Part shown: piece after piece, positions 1-5,718 of the stretch
Position numbering within the stretch: position 1 is the first letter of the stretch
How the letters are laid out: the number at the start of each line of letters is the position of its first letter
Position numbers and translations under genes: made by a program
NCBI GenBank assembly: GCA_009103225.1
Contig: RHPI01002368.1
Coordinates: 268,743 to 274,460 of the forward strand
From: Chlorokybus atmophyticus
Taxonomy: Eukaryota; Plantae; Mesostigma and Chlorokybus algae
Reading direction: 5' to 3'
Length of the DNA: 5,718 nucleotides
Notes under the pieces: generated by a model
What the model saw: only the letters and a program-made list of their open reading frames with translations
Database searches by the model: none
What the model was told of the DNA's origin: nothing

Positions 1-579
1 TGTGGCGCGTTTGATGTCACGATTGTCTTCTTCGCGCTAGCGGACAGGTGCGGCGATAGCAGTCCAACTGCCTTGCCCGCGTGCGAGCAGCGTGCTGGTG
101 GGGTAGCTACCACTGGCTGTGTCTCAAACAGACGGTGTCGGAAAGTTGATAGGCCAAACATCGTGCCACAAAGGGACAGATTGGGTCTGAATGAGGAAGC
201 TGCTCCTGGTACATTCTCAATCACAAACTTGACCTGGCAAGCAGCAGACGTCGGACGAGCGGTATCGCATCCTGGTGTCTCCAGGATGTGCCATGTGCCG
301 CCCGTTGAGGTGCCGGGATAGCATCTGAATAGGCCTGGCATGGTGGACTGGCCCAGATGAGCTCGTACTCGCTCAGCTCTCCTGCACTCAGGGTGCATAC
401 ATCGCGGTGTATGAAGGGCAGCGGGTACTCAGAGGAGGGACTTATGTCCATCCCGGTCACGTCAAAGCCTGCGTGGTATAGACCGACACTGGCACCGCCA
501 CCGCCGCAGAATAGGTCGAGTGCCCTTGGTCTGCGTGTGCGTCCCAGCTTGTTGTCAAATGGCGTGTATGTGGTCAAGG
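1..579 (-). CDS. C5-cytosine DNA methyltransferase domain (compact bacterial/phage-like type), frameshifted at about 231-235 and truncated by the window edge
   Basis: Motif I DLFCGGGG (517-494), VTGMDI, motif IV WASPPCQ (catalytic Cys 340-338). After a 1-nt shift it continues KFVIENVPG (ENV 218-210), LCGTMFGL and RHRLFET, and stays open to position 1. Motifs IX-X would lie outside the window. Confidence 0.92.
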
Positions 580-932
580 CTGGCCGGGGGGGGAGGAGCT
601 GTGTGCAACGACATGTTGAGAGGGGGAGAGACAGAGAGGTGGCTGGGGTAAGCGAGAGGAGGTGAGAGAGGGCGAGGAGGGGGGAGGGAGGGGGGGGGGC
701 TGTGCGCAACGACATGTTGAGAGAGAGGGGGAGAGAGCGAGAGAGAGCTGTTGTGCAAGGACATGTGTAGGGGTTGGGGGATGACATGCCCGCGCATGGG
801 AATCGTATCTCATGGCTGTGCGCAGATTGACCACATGCTCTCAAGGGGACATCGCGTATGCTATTTACACTTACAAGGTGGCACGTTTCTACTACATGTC
901 AAGACCTCAACACACAACAAGTCAAGACTTAC
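580..932 (-). other. Predicted 353-nt intron joining the transposase C-terminus to the methyltransferase exon
   Basis: Donor ttc a|GTAAGT at 932 (phase 1). Acceptor C-rich tract..CCGGCCAG|cc ttg at 580 (phase 1). The join reads ..PSSF-T-LTTYTPFDNKLGRTRRPRALDLFC in frame. Confidence 0.6.
598..794 (+). repeat. GA/G-rich intronic repeat with three related units
   Basis: gctgtgtgcaacgacatgttgagagggggagaga (598-631), gctgtgcgcaacgacatgttgagagagagggggagaga (699-736) and degenerate gctgttgtgcaaggacatgtgtagggg (747-773), separated by G/GA runs. Confidence 0.85.
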
Positions 933-3900
933 TGAACGAACTGGGTGCCGTCGGCAGCTGATAGCCTAAGTGCAAGTTGTCTAGGTTGATGTCCTTATAC
1001 GGACAGATCTTGGCGTGTTTGCCACCTTGGGCGGGCATTTCCTTGCCCGTAGCTGCTCGACACTTGATGCACGTTTTGGTTCCGCCTTTGCCTCCTTGAC
1101 GCGATTCTTTGGTCTTGCGCATGGGCCCGACGGAGGGGACGTGCGTGGGATGATATAAGGGAGTCGCTACCATGGGCGGCGCATGTGGATAAGGCGCATA
1201 TTGATAAGGCGCGTGTGGATAAGGCGCCTGTAGTTAAGGCGCATGTGGATAAGGCCAGCAGGCTGGGTGTACATGAGGGTTCAATGCATGCATGGCTTGC
1301 AATGGTCGCCAATAAGTTGTCGGAGCTGCCGCATTGTTGTTGATGCGTGGCTGCTGAGTTGTTGAGCTGGACAATAGAACCGGTTGCACAGGCATAGTGG
1401 CTTCCGCTGTTCTAGGAGGGAGCGTTGTCCGATGATCCGCCGCCGCCGCGGGTTGTGTCGATGAGGTAGTCCGTGTCTCTGGTGGAGGATGTGCTGACAA
1501 GCCTTGTGGTGTTGTAGCATTGGAGCGTACTGCCTGGTGCCCGTCCCCGCCAGCTCCAGGTGTCTCGACGTGAGCAGCCTGCATTGCCGTCACAATAGTA
1601 GCCAGGTGTGCTTTCACAATCTGCTTCTCATACTCTTGCAGTAGTTCAGCTGTTTTGAGGTACAGCACTCCATCGTGTCCTATAGCCTGATGCGCGTGCG
1701 TACGCGCATTCCATTCATATGCCATCCGCTTGAAATCGGTAAACTTTTTTTTTTAAATTCGTCATGTAATTCTTGGAACAAACGCTGCTCAGCTGCCAGT
1801 GGGGTGCGCACGGGTTGAACTAGCTCTAATGGTGTCAATGCACGCCGTGGTAGCTTACGATGCGGCGTTTTACGTTTGCCACACACCTGGGAGGTTGATG
1901 CAATCACTGGCGTTGTGCTACGTGGAAAGTGCAGCTTGACTTGGCGGCGTACGGCAACCACGCTCGACGCACTTGCTGAAGTAGTAGCCGTCGATGGTAG
2001 TCGCGAAGCTGGGCTCAACTCCATAGCGTTGTGCGTGCGTGTGGCTCCTGGAGACGACATCAGCACTGCAGGTTGCTGCTGCCATTCATTAGAGACACGC
2101 GTCGAACGTGACTGCTGAGGTACACACGAGCGAAACAGAGACAGCGAAGCAACTTTTTGCGTCAACGCCTTAGTGTCCTCCAAATTGTCATTGAGCTCCG
2201 TGTGGCACGAAGCATCACCCCCGTTGCCGTCATGCGGCACTGGGCGTTGTTCACTTGCTTTGAGGGGGCTTGTTTGCATTGGGCTGCTCGGCGAAGGGTT
2301 TGACGCATGTTCATTCGCCGGTGATGCGTTGGCTTCTTCTTCTTCAAGACCATCATCGGCATCGTCATGAACAGTGGCTTCACCTTCACATGTTGGAAGC
2401 TCCGCATCATTGTCTTGGGCAAAGAAGGCCTCCTTCAATTCCGTTGGCACGAAATCTAGACCAAATTTTTCTGTCGCATCATACCTTTTGTGAGCACGAG
2501 GACATACACATGGTGTTATCAACCCCTTGCTCAACTCACCTTCAGATATTTGCGGTGTGTCCTGGATCTGAAAAGGCACCTTCCAGTCATACCGCTTGTG
2601 GAGCTCGTTGATGTAATTCGTGTCCTATCATGCGTCGCACAATCAGCCAGAACCAACCATTATAAAAACAAGCATAATATCCCAAAGCACTCTACAACGT
2701 ACCTGAAAGTCATACACGCCATAGAATGGCTCGCCTGCATCGCGCGTTGCTGGATTGATGTTGTGGCGTGTGGTGAAATCAGAAAAGAGCACGCTTGCTT
2801 TGGCCGCGCTGTTGTTACTGCCTTGCAGCACGCGAGCCACCAACTTGTGGAAGCCCTCGAGGGCGTTGGTGCCCCGCGCGCACAGCCAATGTGGCATGCA
2901 ACCAGGTTTTGCAATGTTTGTGTACAGCTCGACCCCGGTAAGATCTGCAGCATGATCCCACATCACATGCAATACCAACACACTATAGACCAGCTTATAT
3001 TGCATTGCATACCACTTAGCTTGCCGCATGCCACCTGACGGAGTGCTTGCTCGTGACAGTTATCTAATTCTGCTGTCCAAATGATGTTGCCTGTGTCGAT
3101 GTCGACACGCTCGCGCCATTTATCAGCGAATTGCTGCAAAGTAGCATGAACCTCATTGCATTCTCCAATGCGCCGAGGCAGTTTGGTGCGCCGCGTTCCC
3201 AACTGCTCGTCAACTTTTTGTTGGCTCCAACCCTGATAAGTACGACATTGCATAAGTATACGGTCTGTGCGTGTTGGCTCATATGCGTGCGTGCGTGTCA
3301 GCGATACTGAGTTCGCGGACATGTCATCCCCCCCTCCCACCCTCCGGCCACGAGCCAGCTCCACTTCACCACTACCTCTCCCCTCTCAACATGCCGTTGC
3401 CNCCCTTCTCGCCCCTTGCGTGCATGCGTGCGTATGAGTGTATGTGGTGCGCGTGTGTGACAGTGTGTATCACTTACCAACGAAACAAGATGTTTCTTGG
3501 CTTGAAACAACGCCTTGTCGTCGGATGTGTAGATTGCCGCGGACAACTCCTTTGCAAAGCGATCTAAATACAGCCACAACACAAGTGATTATTGCCACAT
3601 GCATAAACTCAAATCATATTGCGTTGACAATGATTATATGCATGCTTAGCGGCCTCAACTCATTTACCTTTCAATGTGGAGGAGTCTGGAATGCAACGCA
3701 AGTAGCGCTGCATTAAGTGAAAGGCATCTTGTAACACCATGTCCTTGTTCACTTGAAAGGCATCCGCCAATGCCGTGTCCACGCCCAAAGCATTGTCGCA
3801 ATAAACGGCCTGTAAAGTCTGCAACGACAACATATTGCTACTCACATGTAGATTTTTAAGCCTCACAGTTGCATACGTACAAACCTCCGCAAGCTTGCGC

Positions 3901-5278
3901 CCGCCACCGACATCGCGCTCAGCTACTTTGCGCAACTCGTGTGAGACGGCATGACGCGACGTGTTTGGGACGAAGTAATATGCCACGACTTGCTTTCTTT
4001 CATTGTATATCGTCAATAATGCTTCCGCCACCTAGAGCACAATGTCACAGCATGAGAATGATGTACCGTTATGATTAATAAGAATAAACCATAAATCAGC
4101 ATTGGCATGCGTGTCGATGTGTATAAGTGCGAGTGTGTGCGCGTGTGCATGTGCACGTGCACGCGCATACCTTACTATATGTGCGCGAGTTCATGCTCGA
4201 ACGGTTGACACGTATTGCCACATGTGCAAGCATGTAGAGTATGCTTGCGCGTGCGTGTGTACACGTGTGTGATTGCGTGTACACACTGCACGTGTGCACT
4301 TGCGCACCTTGCGTTTGTCTTTGCGGATTTGCTTGGGGATTTTGAACGAATGGTCAATGGCGATGATGCGACCAACGGACAGGCTCAACCGCCGGTTCTG
4401 CTCTTGCATACGCTTTTCTCCTTCGCGCATGTACAGGTCGGAGAAGTAGGCATCTCCAGGCACATATCCTATAGAGATATCAATGTTCAATTCCGCAACC
4501 ACGATGATGAGCAACAACTTACACTGCATGCATGCAATCGCACTTACCCGAGTAGCCGTCTTTGTCATAGAAGTCGCCAAAGTCTGGTATCGCGGCAGCC
4601 GCTTCTTGTGAGACACCTAGCATCCCTAGCAATCTCGTCTTTGGAATCTTCTGCGCATGGTCTTCAACAAATGCCGCCGTGAAGAGCTTACGCGTGCTGA
4701 TGTAGCGATGATGATGCAACTCCTGGGATAGGCGCACAAAGAGACTCAGTCAATACGTGAATTGACATTAGTCAACACGTGTGATTGCGCATGCGTCGTA
4801 ATATGCGTGAACTACCTTGAGCATGTCGGAAAAGTCCATGAAACTCTGACTGTTCACCACGTTACGCCGCAACATGATCTCGTTGGCCTCCTCGACACCA
4901 TGCCGTTGCGTGAGCACGTAGGGGAAGGCCTCTTGCACGCTTACAGGGAGCTGCGCCATGATCTTAGCAGCATAACCAGCAAATGTATGCCCGGTACCGT
5001 CTAGTATCAACCATAGCGTGGAGACACGCAATGTTAGAGTGCGAAAGGTCATCTCGCGTAACAAGCTTGATGACGTTCAATACTAAGTGTACTGACATAA
5101 TACCTTTGCAGCTTTTGCACTTGTAGTCATAACTGTACAGCCAACAAGTCGCGGACAATGTGGTAACCGGCTGCACACTCCCACGCCAACTATCACTGTA
5201 CAGGGGCTTGTCACAGTACGGGCATGGAATCTTCTTCACCTTGTCCGAGAAGAAGATGTGCGGCGCCCAAAATGTCAC
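933..5278 (-). CDS. Multi-exon MULE-like DDE transposase, about 1,050 aa, interrupted downstream of the core by one frameshift and one nonsense codon in this sequence
   Basis: Exons (minus): 5278-5104, 5000-4816, 4722-4548, 4468-4308, 4031-3885, 3818(or 3809)-3668, 3563-3478, 3232-3013, 2944-2703, 2624-2540, 2470-933. All introns are GT..AG with matching phases. Junction peptides: CKSCK-D-GTGHTF, MLK-ELHHH, GYS-G-YVPGD, KDKRK-VAEALLTIYNE, STLK-D-RFAKEL, HLVSL-GWSQQ, GKLS-D-LTGVELY, YDFQ-DTNYIN, QISE-E-KFGLDF. Introns 3819-3884 and 2471-2539 are in-frame and stop-free, so they are less certain. Confidence 0.85.
1003..1071 (-). other. C-terminal C-x2-C-x14-H-x3-C putative zinc knuckle
   Basis: CIKCRAATGKEMPAQGGKHAKIC in ORF 922..1173, preceded by a basic stretch (RKTKESRQGGKGGTK). 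It is in the same frame as ORF 1234..1725. Confidence 0.5.
1181..1255 (-). repeat. Coding tandem repeat, 5 x 15 nt, encoding PYPHA-like units; one unit contains TAA
   Basis: Plus-strand units: gcatgtggataaggc, gcatattgataaggc, gcgtgtggataaggc, gcctgtagttaaggc, gcatgtggataaggc. Confidence 0.95.
1745..1754 (-). other. Frameshift at an A10 homopolymer inside the transposase CDS
   Basis: The upstream frame reads ..RLFQELHDEFKKK. The frame shifted by -1 continues FTDFKRMAYEWNARTH..YLKTAELLQEYEKQ. Eleven (or eight) A residues would restore the frame. Confidence 0.8.
3314..3400 (+). repeat. Inverted relative of the 598-794 repeat, inside intron 3233-3477
   Basis: 3314-3332 matches the reverse complement of 776-794 at 18/19 nt. 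3380-3400 matches the reverse complement of 605-625 at 20/21 nt. Confidence 0.8.
4101..4310. repeat. Alternating purine-pyrimidine (TG/CA/CG) low-complexity tract in intron 4032-4307
   Basis: For example gtgtgtgcgcgtgtgcatgtgcacgtgcacgcgcatac and gcgcgtgcgtgtgtacacgtgtgtg. A similar tract lies at 3419-3468. Confidence 0.75.
4548..5278 (-). other. N-terminal Cys-rich putative Zn-binding region (resembles DUF6729)
   Basis: FWAPH..CPYC (Cys 5224)..SW...YKCKSC (Cys 5110)..F.G....I.AQLP..VQEAFPYVLTQRHG..LKELHHHRY..FGDFYDKDGYSG. The Pfam name is from my recall of the motif pattern and was not searched. Confidence 0.55.
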
Positions 5279-5316
5279 CTAAGTCACCGTTAATATGAGC
5301 GCGGTACATCACAAGT

Positions 5317-5347
5317 GTTGCATGCAACTGTCAGCATGCAACTGTCA
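5317..5347. repeat. 14-nt perfect tandem duplication overlapping a 12-nt palindrome
   Basis: gcatgcaactgtca at 5320-5333 and 5334-5347; palindrome gttgcatgcaac at 5317-5328. Confidence 0.9.
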
Positions 5348-5358
5348 CATGTTTATAC

Positions 5359-5409
5359 CATTGTCCTGCGCGGAATCTGATATGCGCACAACTTGAGTGC
5401 GCCCAACAT
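5359..5409 (-). CDS. Tentative first coding exon (MLGALKLCAYQIPRRTM)
   Basis: ATG at 5409, donor atg|GTATAA at 5358, acceptor TTAG|gtg at 5279, phase 0, in frame with exon 5278. An upstream acceptor CTCAG lies at 5415. There is no homology support. Confidence 0.35.
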
Positions 5410-5555
5410 CAAGCCTGAGGGGACTGGTAATGTGANGTGTTATGTGTAAGAGAGTACAAGGCGTAGACTAGAGTGCATTGAGAAATGTGTGCGTGCATGC
5501 AAGCTAATATGTTTGACAGACGAGTAGTGTACACGCAAGTGCTGTGTGTATGCAC

Positions 5556-5617
5556 GCCATTGCCGCCCTCACTATATTGCCGCCCTCACGCCATTGCCGC
5601 CCTCACCATATTACCGC
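5556..5617 (+). repeat. Subterminal tandem repeat, period 17 nt (3 full units and 1 degenerate)
   Basis: attgccgccctcac at 5559, 5576 and 5593; degenerate attaccgc at 5610. Spacers alternate (tat/gcc/cat), giving a 34-nt higher-order unit. Confidence 0.9.
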
Positions 5618-5669
5618 ATTTTTGCGGCGGGCACAGTGCACATAAAACCCGCCGCACAAATGCGGTAAT
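5610..5669. repeat. 22-bp inverted repeat (21/22 identity) with a 16-nt spacer; each arm contains its own mini-hairpin
   Basis: Left arm attaccgcatttttgcggcggg (5610-5631), right arm cccgccgcacaaatgcggtaat (5648-5669). Internal hairpins ccgca-N4-tgcgg at 5614-5627 and 5652-5665. Confidence 0.92.
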
Positions 5670-5718
5670 TCCGCACCTGGCAGCAGTGCACGGGCGGCAG
5701 GGCGGCGTGTATCTCTAT

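Larger units (their letters stand above)
2703..4468 (-). other. RNase H-like DDE catalytic core of the transposase (exons 5-10)
   Basis: IAIDHSFK (Asp 4355-4353), LLTIYNE..VVAYYF, YCDN (Asp 3797-3795), QDAFH (DxxH; Asp 3728-3726, His 3719-3717), RGTNALEGFH (Glu 2858-2856). Order and context match the Mutator/IS256 pattern DGTFK...D...C/DxxH...TNNxxE. Confidence 0.8.
1..5715 (-). mobile_element. MULE-like (Mutator/IS256-fold DDE) DNA transposon carrying a C5 DNA methyltransferase; partial, the other end lies beyond position 1
   Basis: Spliced DDE transposase gene plus a structured end at 5556-5715 (tandem repeats, inverted repeat, possible terminus GAGATA on the minus strand). The second terminus and target-site duplication are not visible, so the boundaries are inferred. 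Confidence 0.75.

Noticed and set aside
585-700. G-quadruplex as a dedicated regulatory element
   Set aside because: G runs are present, but they are explained by the low-complexity repeat, and nothing in the sequence supports a function.
568-836. 10-bp inverted repeat (atgtggtcaa 568-577, ttgaccacat 827-836) as MITE ends
   Set aside because: It does not extend, shows no TSD, overlaps the predicted exon, and matches of this length are expected by chance in 5.7 kb.
580-844. N-terminal 88 aa of ORF 221..844 (Pro/Leu/Ser-rich) as a real MTase N-terminus
   Set aside because: It is the translation of the CT-rich intronic repeat, and all three minus frames give similar junk.
1234-1236. TAA read as Gln under an alternative nuclear code
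   Set aside because: Only one in-frame TAR occurs in more than 1,200 codons with many CAR glutamines. Sister repeat units have TAT, so a point mutation is simpler.
4165-4180. Extra micro-exon before a donor-like aag|GTATGC in intron 4032-4307
   Set aside because: The direct join KDKRK-VAEALLTIYNE is in frame and fits the expected spacing. The candidate exon would be 4 nt and break the frame.
2847-4468. Assignment to Zisupton/Kyakuja/Dileera (KDZ)
   Set aside because: I considered this first, but the KDZ-type motifs I recall (DGE..ER, CPH.V...K) are absent, and the D..D..DxxH..TNxxE pattern fits a Mutator/IS256-like core better. It needs an HMM search to settle.
4467-4480. Match of atagagata at the 4469 acceptor to the reverse complement of the window end
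   Set aside because: It is a 9-nt match at an internal splice site with no further similarity, so probably chance.
357-4682. Plus-strand ORFs (357..665, 1876..2118, 2270..2611, 2490..3038, 3271..3567, 4215..4682 and others)
   Set aside because: They are antisense shadows of the minus-strand exons or translations of low-complexity introns, with no recognisable motifs.
5556-5617. CRISPR-like array
   Set aside because: The spacers are only 3 nt, the context is eukaryotic, and there are no cas genes. It is a simple tandem repeat.
5610-5669. Rho-independent terminator or tRNA
   Set aside because: There is no U tract and no cloverleaf, the gene is eukaryotic and spliced, and the hairpin lies upstream of the gene.

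Overview
The window is eukaryotic DNA, probably one end plus most of the body of a cut-and-paste DNA transposon on the minus strand. I reconstructed by hand a spliced gene with canonical GT..AG introns, and every junction keeps the reading frame. It encodes a roughly 1,050-aa Mutator/IS256-fold (MULE-like) DDE transposase with an N-terminal CxxC-x31-CxxC region, the motifs IAIDHSFK, YCDN, QDAFH and RGTNALEGFH, a low-complexity linker and a C-terminal CxxC..H..C knuckle. Directly downstream on the same strand is a C5-cytosine DNA methyltransferase domain (DLFCGGGG, SPPCQ, VIENV, RHRLF) that runs off the window edge. It resembles the compact bacterial/phage type. It has no credible start codon of its own, and a phase-matched intron (932-580) would splice it in frame onto the transposase, suggesting a transposase-methyltransferase fusion. 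As written, this sequence has three lesions, all downstream of the catalytic core: a frameshift in an A10 run (1745-1754), a TAA inside a coding 15-nt repeat (1234-1236) and a 1-nt frameshift in the methyltransferase (about 231-235). Two isolated Ns hint that this is a repeat-family consensus, so some lesions may be artefacts. The right end has 17-nt tandem repeats, a nested 22-bp inverted repeat and a possible terminus. Family assignments rest on motif recognition only; no searches were run.
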